Source: an uncultured Clostridia bacterium
GTDB lineage: Bacteria > Bacillota > Dehalobacteriia > UBA4068 > JAAVYR01
Assembly (NCBI GenBank): GCA_946562005.1
Contig: CAMNVD010000001.1
Location: 1-44,924, forward strand
DNA: 44,924 nucleotides
Reading direction: 5' to 3'
The translations under genes and the position numbers were made by a program. The notes beneath the pieces are model-generated. The model ran no database searches. It was not told where the DNA came from and saw only the letters and a program-made list of their open reading frames with translations. Positions 8,495 through 17,292 of this stretch are shown in pieces (within the stretch, counting starts at the first letter, position 1; each line of letters starts with the position of its first letter).

Positions 8495-9679
8495 TTATGC
8501 TACGTCTTCCGCAGAGGCAGCGATTTTCTGTTGTAATACTTCTACAGCTTTTGCCAGCTGTGGGTCCCGTTCTACCAGACCGGAAAGAGAATCAGCAAGC
8601 GGCAAATCCTCCGGCCACGGCACCTCATAATCTGCCGCTAAGCCCTTCTTATGGACTTCCCTGCCTTGGGCAGTGAAATATTGAGCGTAAGTATAACGCA
8701 CCCCCGCACCGCTAGGAAGGCCTATGACATATTGAGCAATGCCTTTACCATAACTATTGACGCCCACCGTATCTGCCCTATCATAATCCTGCATGGTGCC
8801 GATAAACACTTCAGAAGCGCTAGCGCTAGCATCGTTTTGCAGGATAACGATAGGAATATCAATACCTTCCATATTGCCTACATAACGTTTTTTCCCTGTG
8901 TTATCATTCATCAAAAGCAGAGTATCCTCTTTAGGTAGGAAATAATCCAACAGCCATAAGGCGCCATCTAGCACCCCGCCAGGATTATAGCGCAAATCAA
9001 TAATAATGCCATCCAGGCTTCCTTCTGTTAGCAGGTCCTCATAGACAGCTTGAAAATCCTCAGAAATATTCATGTTAAAGCTACTAATGCTAATATAGCC
9101 TAAGTTATGGTTTGCATCCTCCAGCCGCTTCCCGGTTACGGCCTGAGCAGATACTTCTTCTCTCGTCAAGGTTTTCACCGGCAATACCTTGCCATCCCGT
9201 TCTACTTCTATACGGACTTTCGTCCCTACCTCGCCCTTCATTTTCCCAGTCACATAGTCCAGGTCTTTGCCACGAACATCCTCCCCGTCAACACCTACTA
9301 CAATATCCCCATATTCCAAGCCTGCCCGCTCTGCCGGGGAATTCCGGAAAGGCATCATCAGCATGACAGCCTTATCTTCCGGACGTGTGGTCACATAAAT
9401 ACCAATACCACCATAAGTACCGGAAAGTTTACTGATAACATCATCATACTCTTCCGCTGTAAAATAAGCGAAATAGTCATCATGGTTTTCCTCCATAAAG
9501 GCAGCCATAGCCGTCTCTACAAAGCCCGCTCGCTGCGCACCGTCAATAGGACCGTTATCAGAGAGAAAACTACCCTCTACTGCCGCCTGCCAATAAAAAA
9601 AACCAAAACTACCTACTAGTATCAAACACACTGCGGCGACGATTTGCCACAGACGAAGGGGACGTTGTTCCATTTCCAT
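8495..9679 (-). CDS. S41-family C-terminal processing peptidase (Ctp) with PDZ domain
   Basis: N-terminal TM anchor, a PDZ-like segment (GLEYGDIVVGVDGEDV), and the S41 core with RYNPGG and ASASASEVF. AAGGAG lies 7 nt upstream of the ATG. Confidence 0.85.
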   Translation of the reverse strand: MEMEQRPLRLWQIVAAVCLILVGSFGFFYWQAAVEGSFLSDNGPIDGAQRAGFVETAMAAFMEENHDDYFAYFTAEEYDDVISKLSGTYGGIGIYVTTRPEDKAVMLMMPFRNSPAERAGLEYGDIVVGVDGEDVRGKDLDYVTGKMKGEVGTKVRIEVERDGKVLPVKTLTREEVSAQAVTGKRLEDANHNLGYISISSFNMNISEDFQAVYEDLLTEGSLDGIIIDLRYNPGGVLDGALWLLDYFLPKEDTLLLMNDNTGKKRYVGNMEGIDIPIVILQNDASASASEVFIGTMQDYDRADTVGVNSYGKGIAQYVIGLPSGAGVRYTYAQYFTAQGREVHKKGLAADYEVPWPEDLPLADSLSGLVERDPQLAKAVEVLQQKIAASAEDVA

Positions 9680-9757
9680 AAAGACGCTCCTTTATATTAA
9701 TGCTTCCTTAAATATCACTAACTGAATAAATTAAAGAATCCCTAAAATAATTGAAAA

Positions 9758-9862
9758 AGATTCTTCACTGACGTTCAGAATGACTTGCTATGCCACGCCT
9801 TACGTAAAAACACAAACTACTTCCAGCACCTACCTATTGCCCAAGAAGCAGCAAATCTTGCT
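9758..9862 (-). repeat. MITE/REP-like intergenic repeat, long form, partial
   Basis: AGATTCTTCACTGACGTTCAGAATGACTTGCTATGCCACGCC... is the core hairpin plus internal sequence, in reverse orientation relative to the 32827 copy. Confidence 0.7.
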
Positions 9863-9944
9863 TAATTATATCACACAATTTTTTTTAGTATACCACAAGT
9901 TTCTTAAAAAAAACAGAAGGAGAAAATCCCCTTCTGCCTGATTT

Positions 9945-11207
9945 TTATTTTAAGTATGGCCATGGACTGGTATGCTTCCCGTTGATTCTGGTTTCAAAGT
10001 GAAGGTGATTACCAGTGCTATAACCAGTAGTACCAACCTTTCCCACTTCGTCCCCTGCACTCACTTGTTGCCCCGTAGTCTTCATAGTGATGGCGCTCAT
10101 ATGCCCATAGAGACTAGAAAGCCCATTGCCATGGTCGATAATCACCATATTCCCATAAGCATTATTCCAGCCAGAGAAAATTACTTTGCCATCAGCAGCA
10201 GCAATAATCTTGGTGCCTTTGGGTGCTGGCAAGTCGATGCCGGTATGCCATTTATAAACCTTCAAAGTAGGATGGAGTCGATATACATAGTCGGAAGAAA
10301 CCCGGGTGTGCCCTGGTAATGGCCAGGTAAAAACACCATTATACTGCCCGCTGCCTTTTGGTTGCAGCGCTTGGATTTTCTTTGCGATGTCGGCGTCTGC
10401 CGCTTCCATTTCATTATAGAGCTGCTGGGCTTCTTCCCGGTTGTTTTCCGCTGCTTCTAAGAACTTGGCCTTTTGGTCTTTTAGGTTTTCCAAGTTTTCC
10501 ATAGAAGTTTCTTTTTCTTTCTTTAATGCTTCCAGGGTAGATTTTTTCTCTTCCAGGACGGCCTTTTTCTCTTCGATAACTTGCAAATCTGCTTCAATTT
10601 GTTGCAGCATCTTCTTATCGACTTCCATCACACGGCCCCATAGCTCATAACGAATGAGGAAGTCGCTAAAGCTGGTGGAGTCAAACACCACATCCATCAT
10701 GGAAACTTCACCATTCATATAGATTTCCCGCATCCGGTTCTGGAAAAGAGCCATCCGCTCATCCATCTCCATTTGCGTTTTCTCCAGCTCTTTGGTAGTA
10801 ACGGCAATTTGGTCTACGGCCTGGGAAAGCTTCTTTTCGACGCTATTCATTTCCTTTTCCATCGTCGTTAATTCGGCATCCAGTTCTGCCACTCTGGTAC
10901 GCAGTTCTTTCTCTTTGGTCTTGGCAGCTTGCAATGCCTTCTTTTGTGCGGCCAACTCCTTTTGGAGCTCAGCTTGTTCCGCTTTATATTGAGCTAGCAA
11001 ATCTTCATTATCCCCATAAGCCGGAAAGATAAATATAGACGCCGCCATCATCACTGCGCAAAGGGTAAGGCCGATTTTAGAACGGTTTCGCATTTTATGG
11101 AAGACTAGCTCCGACCAGGAAAACGGGACCTTTTCCCCTTTATGCCGATCCTGCCAAAAGTCCGCCTGATCCATATGCTGGTTCACATCTTTTTCATCTA
11201 TCTGCAT
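9945..11207 (-). CDS. M23-family metallopeptidase with N-terminal TM anchor and long coiled coil (EnvC/PcsB-like partner of FtsEX)
   Basis: The C-terminal LytM domain has intact HTGIDL (HxxxD) and GNHLHFE (HxH) motifs. Coiled-coil region is rich in E/K/L/Q. Start moved to ATG 11207 because GTG 11219 overlaps the AGGAGG. Confidence 0.85.
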   Translation of the reverse strand: MQIDEKDVNQHMDQADFWQDRHKGEKVPFSWSELVFHKMRNRSKIGLTLCAVMMAASIFIFPAYGDNEDLLAQYKAEQAELQKELAAQKKALQAAKTKEKELRTRVAELDAELTTMEKEMNSVEKKLSQAVDQIAVTTKELEKTQMEMDERMALFQNRMREIYMNGEVSMMDVVFDSTSFSDFLIRYELWGRVMEVDKKMLQQIEADLQVIEEKKAVLEEKKSTLEALKKEKETSMENLENLKDQKAKFLEAAENNREEAQQLYNEMEAADADIAKKIQALQPKGSGQYNGVFTWPLPGHTRVSSDYVYRLHPTLKVYKWHTGIDLPAPKGTKIIAAADGKVIFSGWNNAYGNMVIIDHGNGLSSLYGHMSAITMKTTGQQVSAGDEVGKVGTTGYSTGNHLHFETRINGKHTSPWPYLK

Positions 11208-11228
11208 AGATTTTGCCACCTCCTATTC

Positions 11229-12110
11229 TCACACTTTTAAGAATCGTATCAAAGAGAACACGCTGCCTACAATACCAAGAAGCGCTCCCCCTGCTATCAG
11301 ATACAACGATAACATAGGCAATACCCCGGACATGGCCGCCATAGGGAAAAAGCCAATAGCTGAATCAATATAATCTGACACTTTGCCATAAGAGAAAAAT
11401 AGCACTACCACAGCAATCACAGCGCCAAACATCCCCAAAAGAGCGCCTTCGATGATAAATGGCCAGCGAATAAACCAGTCAGTAGCCCCCACATATTTCA
11501 TCAACTGCACTTCCTTACGACGGGCATAGACGGTAAGACGAATGGTCATACCGACTAAGACCACTGCACCCACTGCCAACAGCACCATCACCCAAAGGCC
11601 GATGCTCCGCACCACATCCGTAAAGGCAAAAAGCTTGTCCACTGTTTCTTTACCATAATTTACTTTCAGCACACCTGGTAAGGTTGCGATTTTCGAGGCC
11701 AAGCCATCGATTTGCTCCGGGGTTTCCGCCTTCACACTATAACAGTCCGGGAAAGGATTCACCCCGCCCAGCGCAGCAAACAACGTTTCCCCATAACGCT
11801 CTACCATAAAATCCATCGCATCATCTTTGGTAATGGCCGTCACTTCCGACACTCCAGGTAACCCTGCTAGAGTTGTTTTCATCTGAGGCAGGTCTTCAGC
11901 TGTTACAGTATCTTCTAAAAACACAGCGATTTCCACATCAGACTCCAAGTTCCCCGCCGCATAGTTTACATTAAATAACAAAATGCCAAAGACACCGCAA
12001 AGGAGCAGTGTAATAGCCATGGTAGTAATAGCGGCAAAGGACATCCAGCCATTGCGCTGCAAAGAATGGAATGCATCTGGCACAATATAACGCATACTTT
12101 CTAACTTCAT
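11229..12110 (-). CDS. ftsX: cell-division ABC transporter permease FtsX
   Basis: Four TM helices with a large first extracellular loop. Its ATG (12110) overlaps the ftsE TGA as ATGA. Confidence 0.9.
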   Translation of the reverse strand: MKLESMRYIVPDAFHSLQRNGWMSFAAITTMAITLLLCGVFGILLFNVNYAAGNLESDVEIAVFLEDTVTAEDLPQMKTTLAGLPGVSEVTAITKDDAMDFMVERYGETLFAALGGVNPFPDCYSVKAETPEQIDGLASKIATLPGVLKVNYGKETVDKLFAFTDVVRSIGLWVMVLLAVGAVVLVGMTIRLTVYARRKEVQLMKYVGATDWFIRWPFIIEGALLGMFGAVIAVVVLFFSYGKVSDYIDSAIGFFPMAAMSGVLPMLSLYLIAGGALLGIVGSVFSLIRFLKV

Positions 12111-12790
12111 AAGGACCAACCTCCGATACGGTCTGAGATAAGCCTGCCCTTTTCCAGCACTAGCACCCGCTTTTGCATGGTATCCACTAAGTTTCTGTCG
12201 TGAGTAGCCATGATAATGGTGGTGCCACTATCGTTGATTTCCCGTAAAAGTTCCATTAGTTCTTCAGAGGTATCTGGGTCCAGATTCCCCGTAGGTTCGT
12301 CAGCAAAGAGAATAATCGGGTCGTTAATAATAGCCCGTGCTACTGCTACCCGCTGTTTTTCCCCACCGGATAGCTGATGGGGAAAATGCTTCAATCTATC
12401 CTTTAGCCCTACCCGTTCTAATATTTCAGGGACTTTTTTATCGATTTCTTTTTTCGGCCGTTCAATGACCCGCATGGCAAAAGCAACGTTTTCCTCGACG
12501 GTCTTATCATCTAAAAGGCGAGAATCCTGAAAGACCATACCTACATTACGACGGAAAATCACCGTCTCCTTAGAAGACAACCGGGAAAGACTCCGCCCTG
12601 CTACTATCACCTGCCCGGAGGTAGCAAGCTCCTCCCGGAAAAGCAACCGTATCATGGTGGATTTCCCAGCGCCGCTCGCCCCAGTAAGGAAAACAAACTC
12701 TCCCTTATCTATCGCCAAGTTAATATTTTTCAGCGCCACAACATTTTGTTTCTTATATATACGGTCTACATTGACCATCTGAATAATCAA
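12107..12790 (-). CDS. ftsE: cell-division ATP-binding protein FtsE
   Basis: Walker A GASGAGKST, signature LSGGEKQRV and Walker B ILFADEPTGNLD. TTG start sits 10 nt after GGGGAGG. Confidence 0.9.
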   Translation of the reverse strand: MIIQMVNVDRIYKKQNVVALKNINLAIDKGEFVFLTGASGAGKSTMIRLLFREELATSGQVIVAGRSLSRLSSKETVIFRRNVGMVFQDSRLLDDKTVEENVAFAMRVIERPKKEIDKKVPEILERVGLKDRLKHFPHQLSGGEKQRVAVARAIINDPIILFADEPTGNLDPDTSEELMELLREINDSGTTIIMATHDRNLVDTMQKRVLVLEKGRLISDRIGGWSL

Positions 12791-13154
12791 TGAGCGTTGC
12801 CTCCCCTACCCGCTTTTCTTAACTTTTATCCTTTCGACATATTTTTTTCTTTTCCTTTTTTCTTCACAGAATCTTCACATTTCCTACCATTTTCTTCTAC
12901 ATATACAGTACCAAGCAAAACTAGAAATTTCTCACTAAATTTCTCGCTCATTTCCCAACGTTTAATCCATTTTTTATTTTCCCTGCTTACCAAAGAGGAA
13001 AAAACATCTCCTCTTTGTATGTATTTCCGACACAAAAATAGACGGTATTTTTTGCCAAGTTGTTCCCCTTTTTGCCGAAAAACGAATTTGCCCTGTTCAA
13101 AAAAGTCTTCTTTTTCGGCATTTTTAGGAAAAACTATCCCCAGGAAAATCTTGT

Positions 13155-13189
13155 TTATCCACATTTTTTCTTGTGGATAATGTGGATAA
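13155..13189. promoter_or_regulatory. cluster of three perfect DnaA boxes
   Basis: TTATCCACA at 13155-13163, and TGTGGATAA at 13172-13180 and 13181-13189. A 2-mismatch box TTATCCCAA lies at 13222-13230. Confidence 0.6.
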
Positions 13190-13310
13190 CATTGTTAATA
13201 ACCTGTTAAATTTTAAGAAAGTTATCCCAATCTCATCCAAAACCCATTCACAATTTGTTCTTTTTTGTCGAAAAATACATTTTTTGTTTTTCTAAAACGA
13301 AACAGAAACG

Positions 13311-13397
13311 CACCGCTTTGTACGAAAGCAAAACAATATCTTTCTAGAGCAGAACATACTGTCAGAATTTGTTAGTCGGCCTTTGCAGTGTGGCGGA
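13311..13397 (+). repeat. MITE/REP-like intergenic repeat, internal fragment
   Basis: CACCGCTTTGTACGAAAGCAAAACAATATC...GTGTGGCGG matches the central part of the long form (CCACTTGGTACGAAAGCAAAACATAC...GCGTGGCATGG). Both hairpin ends are absent. Confidence 0.5.
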
Positions 13398-14141
13398 TTA
13401 TTGGAAGTCTGTACCGGCAGCCACTGTAATCACCCAGACGCCTGCCGCACCCATTTGCTTGAGCGCCTTACCACAAGCATAGGCCGTGGCGCCCGTAGTG
13501 AAAATATCATCTACCAGCAAAATCCGTTTCCCCGTCAAATCAACATCTAAGGGGACAATGGCGTCCCGCATATTGGCAATCCGTGCTTCCCTGCCCAAAG
13601 TAGTCTGAGATACCACATCCGCTCGCTTGGCTAGGAGATGGTCGGCCCAGGGCACACCGATGCCGCTGCTGACCGCCTGAGCCAACAGCAAACTTTGGTT
13701 ATAGCCTCTTTTTGCCATGGTCTTTTCTGTAACAGGCACCGAGGAAATCAAGTCAAAGGAAATACCGGCAAACTCCCGCACCACTAGTTTCGTAAGAAGC
13801 ACGCCAAAGCCTTTCGCTAGAGAAGTTTGCCCTTCATACTTGAAGGCAAGGAGACGGTCCCGAAGATACCCCTGATAAACACCAAATGCCCGAGCCCTCT
13901 CAATGTAAAGAGGCGGTTCTATCTGACACCAACGGCACTGGCTATGCTCCTGACGGACAAAGACGCCACAATAGTCGCAAGGTCTGCCCCAGGCAAAGTT
14001 TTCCCATTTATCAGCGCAACTTTTGCAAAGATACCCTTGGTTCGTGGTTTTCCCACATATAAGACAAGTCTCCCCAGGAAAAAGCAATTCTACTGCTGCC
14101 TTGCCATATTCTTTTAATAAAGTGAAAAAACCCTCCGCCAT
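13398..14141 (-). CDS. comFC: ComF-family protein (ComFC, phosphoribosyltransferase-type competence protein)
   Basis: N-terminal Cys-rich zinc-finger-like CLICG...CKSC...CDYCG and a C-terminal PRTase motif ILLVDDIFTTGAT. Start moved to ATG 14141 (GGAGG 8 nt upstream). Confidence 0.85.
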   Translation of the reverse strand: MAEGFFTLLKEYGKAAVELLFPGETCLICGKTTNQGYLCKSCADKWENFAWGRPCDYCGVFVRQEHSQCRWCQIEPPLYIERARAFGVYQGYLRDRLLAFKYEGQTSLAKGFGVLLTKLVVREFAGISFDLISSVPVTEKTMAKRGYNQSLLLAQAVSSGIGVPWADHLLAKRADVVSQTTLGREARIANMRDAIVPLDVDLTGKRILLVDDIFTTGATAYACGKALKQMGAAGVWVITVAAGTDFQ

Positions 14142-14459
14142 GCAAGCCGCCTCCAAATATTCTTTCTTTAAAATATTGTTTCTTTATAAAAACTATTTTA
14201 TCTGATGCTCCGGAAGAAAATCAACTCTTCCCTATGGTTCCCCTATCAAAATATCATAAAAGACTTTCATATTCTCTACTTACAGCGCATAGCATAAACC
14301 AGAACCAAAGCACAAAGCGCTCCCTGTCAAAAAAACAACTATTTTTCATCAGGAAACGGCCAAGACTCTTTCCGGTTGTCGGCATTTGTAGGAATCTTTT
14401 AGCAGGAAACAGCCGCCACTCCTCGTATTGTAATATTGACAGGATAAAGGAGGTACCAA

Positions 14460-14702
14460 ATGCCACCCACCAACCCGTCTGAAAAAGCACTGTATATTAC
14501 CTTCGGTAACACCACCCAAGCCATGAATATGGAAGAACATTGCGGCAGATATGGTCTGCCCGGACAATTAGTACCAGTACCCAGAGATATCAAGGCTTCT
14601 TGCGGTCTTGCCTGGAAGACAACGCCAGAACAAAAAACACCATTAGAACAAATGATGAAAAAAGAAAAAATCCGACCGGAAAAATTCGTGCTCCATCCTT
14701 AA
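14460..14702 (+). CDS. DUF3343-type small protein (putative Se/S carrier-like fold)
   Basis: 80 aa with YITFGNTTQAMNMEEHC...VPVPRDIKASCGLAW, typical of that family. AAGGAGG lies 6 nt upstream of the ATG. Confidence 0.7.
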   Translation: MPPTNPSEKALYITFGNTTQAMNMEEHCGRYGLPGQLVPVPRDIKASCGLAWKTTPEQKTPLEQMMKKEKIRPEKFVLHP

Positions 14703-15071
14703 AAAAATTTTCCCTAGCCCGAGCAGGGATTCCCTCACCGTCCAGGAAAAGTTTTTGAGGAATCAGAAAAAAAGAGTTGAATTTCTAAAAAAAGTGTGTT
14801 AGAGTGGTTATAGTAAGAAACGGGCGTTTTTGCCCTAAAGCTTATTTGCATTGATGCCCCTGCTTTTAGCGGGGATACACATATATCTTTTTTACAACTA
14901 AATATGGTTTTTTCAGGAGCGAGGCTTTTTTAGCTGAATACCTCGGGTTTACATCCTATGTCTTATGTCTCATGTTTGACTTATATTATTTATTTCGCAT
15001 TCAATTTTATGACACCGTTACTTGACATCTTGGAAATTGAGATATTATAAAATTTGAGGAGGTATTTTCCA

Positions 15072-15731
15072 ATGGGTAAAAATTGTTTCATGATCATTGA
15101 CCAACAAAAAGACTTCAACTTAGAAGGGGCTCCTTATCGCGTAGACTGCGGTTTAGAAGCATTGCCTTACATCAAAAAAGCTTTGGAAGCTTCTAGAGCT
15201 GCTGGTATCCCAGTTGTTCACGTTTTCCGGTATTACAGAGCTGACGGTTCTGACGTTGAATTGACCAGATATTTTGGATTCCATCAAGTAGGCGGCGGCT
15301 GCGTACCTGGTACCGAAGGCGCTGAAGAATGCGACGAAATCAAACCTATCGAAGGCGAATATTTGGTAGTAAAACAACGTTGGAGCGCTTTCTTCCAAAC
15401 TGAATGCGATATGTTGCTCAGACGTTTGGGCGTTACCCAAATCATCGTTTCCGGTGTTCAAACTCCTAACTGCGTACGTGGTACCGTTTGGGATGCAAAC
15501 TCCTTAGACTATGAAGTAATCGTATTGACCGATGCTACCGGTGCTAAAACTCCTGAAGTTCACCAAGCAAACCTCTTCGACATGAAGAACATCGGTATCA
15601 AAATGATGACCACTGATGAATATTGCGAAGCTTTGAAAACTGGCGGCCCAGCTTCCACTTTGATCGACGAAATCCGCAAAGACATGGCAGGCAAAAAAAT
15701 CACTCCAGAACCAGTTGTACTCTACAAATAA
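15072..15731 (+). CDS. isochorismatase-family cysteine hydrolase
   Basis: MIIDQQKDF... and ...IIVSGVQTPNCVRGT (catalytic Cys context). ATG 15072 sits 9 nt after GAGGAGG. Strongly biased codon usage that resembles pckA. Confidence 0.8.
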   Translation: MGKNCFMIIDQQKDFNLEGAPYRVDCGLEALPYIKKALEASRAAGIPVVHVFRYYRADGSDVELTRYFGFHQVGGGCVPGTEGAEECDEIKPIEGEYLVVKQRWSAFFQTECDMLLRRLGVTQIIVSGVQTPNCVRGTVWDANSLDYEVIVLTDATGAKTPEVHQANLFDMKNIGIKMMTTDEYCEALKTGGPASTLIDEIRKDMAGKKITPEPVVLYK

Positions 15732-15755
15732 TTTTAGTTATTTATTCAGTACACA

Positions 15756-15789
15756 AAAGGGAAAGCGCAAAACGCTTTCCCTTTTTTTA
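15756..15789 (+). terminator. intrinsic terminator after the isochorismatase-family gene
   Basis: AAAGGGAAAGCG-caaaa-CGCTTTCCCTTT followed by a T-run. Confidence 0.8.
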
Positions 15790-15817
15790 TACACTTTTCC
15801 CCAAAAAAAGAAAGGAT

Positions 15818-17200
15818 ATGCCCATGTCTATGAAGTCCCAAAGCCAAGAACAACAAGGACAACTGCATACAGAAGACTTTACTCGCCCTCAGAGCTACGG
15901 ACAATTTCTTTCTTATATTTTCCCGTCTATGGTCACGATGATTTTCCTTTCTTTTTATACTACCATAGACGGTTTTTTTGCCTCCCGCTTCATTGATAAG
16001 GAGGCTCTTGCCGCCATCAATATCGTGCTACCCATTACTTGCGTTTATTTTGGGTTAGCCGTCATGCTGGCCACAGGTACCAGCGCTGTCATCAGCATGA
16101 AGCTAGGTGAAGGCCGGGATAAAGAGGCAAATAGTTTTTTCACCTTTTCCCTTCAGGTACTCATTGGCGTTGCGCTTATGCTAACAGCCGTGGGCGTCAT
16201 CTTTCTGAAGCCTATTTTAATAGCGTTAGGTTCTACAGAAATCCTGATGCCATACACCATCCCCTATGCGTTAATTTCTATTATTTTCATCCTACCCATG
16301 ATGTTGAAGCTGTTTTTAGAATATTTTGTTCGGGTAGACGATGCGCCCAAGGTGGCCCTTGCCATGTCTGCTACAGGTGTTATTGGCAATGTGGTGTTAG
16401 ACGGGCTGTTTATTATTGTCTTTCATATGGGCATTTTAGGCGCTGCCCTAGGTACTGCCATTGCCATCACTATTTCTGCCGCCATCGGTATGATTTATTT
16501 TCTTCGTTATAGCAAACGGCTAAAGCTGGGAAAACCAAAAGCCAACTGGCTCCTCTTAGGATATTGCTGCTACAACGGCAGCTCAGAAATGTTTACTGAG
16601 TTTTCTACAGGCATTGCGACCTTCCTTTTTAATTTAGCGGTATTAGAGATTTATGGGGAAGCAGGAATATCCGCCTACTCCCTCATCACCTATGCCTACT
16701 ACTTTTTCATCGCTTTTTACTTTGGTGTAGCGGTAGGGGCGGCGCCTGTTATCAGCTATAACTATGGAGCACGCAACCCTGCAAAAATGCGTGAATACTT
16801 CCGTTACAGCATGGGTACCATTGCTTGGTCCTCTTTGGCTATTTTTCTTATTTCCTACTTCGGCAATGATTTTTTGATTGGTCTATTCAGCAAAGAAGCA
16901 GAGGTTACCGCCATCGCTACGCCGGCGCTCAGGTTATTTTCTTATGGTTTTTTGTTTATGGGGGTTAATGTTTTCGCCGGCAGCCTCTTTACGGCTGTCT
17001 GCAATGGGAAGATTTCTGCGCTGATTTCCCTCCTGCGCTCTCTGGTCTTTGTAATGGCTGGCATTTATCTCCTACCCCGGACGGCTTTAGACGTAAGCGG
17101 CATTTGGTTTACCGTACCTTTTGCAGAATTTTGCACCATGGTATTTACCCTCTATTACTTTTGGCGCTACCGAAAAACCTATTATCCACCCTTAGGATAA
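15818..17200 (+). CDS. MATE-family efflux transporter
   Basis: About 12 TM helices with typical MATE N-terminal context (FLSYIFPSMVTMIFLSFYTTIDGFFASRF). Start set at ATG 15818, after the upstream terminator; the longer ORF-track start overlaps the previous gene. Confidence 0.85.
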   Translation: MPMSMKSQSQEQQGQLHTEDFTRPQSYGQFLSYIFPSMVTMIFLSFYTTIDGFFASRFIDKEALAAINIVLPITCVYFGLAVMLATGTSAVISMKLGEGRDKEANSFFTFSLQVLIGVALMLTAVGVIFLKPILIALGSTEILMPYTIPYALISIIFILPMMLKLFLEYFVRVDDAPKVALAMSATGVIGNVVLDGLFIIVFHMGILGAALGTAIAITISAAIGMIYFLRYSKRLKLGKPKANWLLLGYCCYNGSSEMFTEFSTGIATFLFNLAVLEIYGEAGISAYSLITYAYYFFIAFYFGVAVGAAPVISYNYGARNPAKMREYFRYSMGTIAWSSLAIFLISYFGNDFLIGLFSKEAEVTAIATPALRLFSYGFLFMGVNVFAGSLFTAVCNGKISALISLLRSLVFVMAGIYLLPRTALDVSGIWFTVPFAEFCTMVFTLYYFWRYRKTYYPPLG

Positions 17201-17292
17201 AAAGATATGACAGCAGTCCAAGGCACAAGCATGGCTTTTCCATCATAAGATAATAGTACATCCTTAGCGAATTAAGGAGGTACTATTTTTTT

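Noticed and set aside
12797-13180. Two overlapping ORFs in the comFC-ftsE gap: 127 aa on the plus strand (F/S-rich) and 112 aa on the minus strand (K/E-rich).
   Set aside because: Neither has an SD. The minus-strand ATG lies inside a DnaA box. The compositions simply mirror a pyrimidine-rich strand and its complement. I treat the region as non-coding and regulatory, although a small real gene cannot be excluded.
13100-14460. The idea that the DnaA-box cluster plus the strand switch marks the chromosomal replication origin.
   Set aside because: There are only three strong boxes, no dnaA/dnaN nearby, and no obvious DnaA-trio or 13-mer unwinding element. My rough G-versus-C counts gave C>G on the plus strand on both sides, so there is no skew inversion. 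I keep it only as a minor alternative in the DnaA-box finding.
14234-14593. Several 60-82-aa ORFs on both strands in the comFC / DUF3343 divergent region.
   Set aside because: They are mutually overlapping, lack SDs, and overlap the well-supported DUF3343 gene or its promoter region.
15022-15050. TTGACA, a 17-nt spacer and TTATAA as the main promoter of the isochorismatase-family gene.
   Set aside because: The predicted transcription start would fall on or inside the GAGGAGG SD (15056-15062), leaving essentially no 5' UTR. I kept it as a secondary possibility inside the leader finding rather than as a feature.
15623-15817. The long 5' extension of the MATE transporter ORF, which overlaps the isochorismatase-family gene.
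   Set aside because: The extension overlaps the 3' end of the upstream gene and reads through its strong terminator (15756-15789). ATG 15818 follows an AAAGGA and begins the typical MATE N-terminus.
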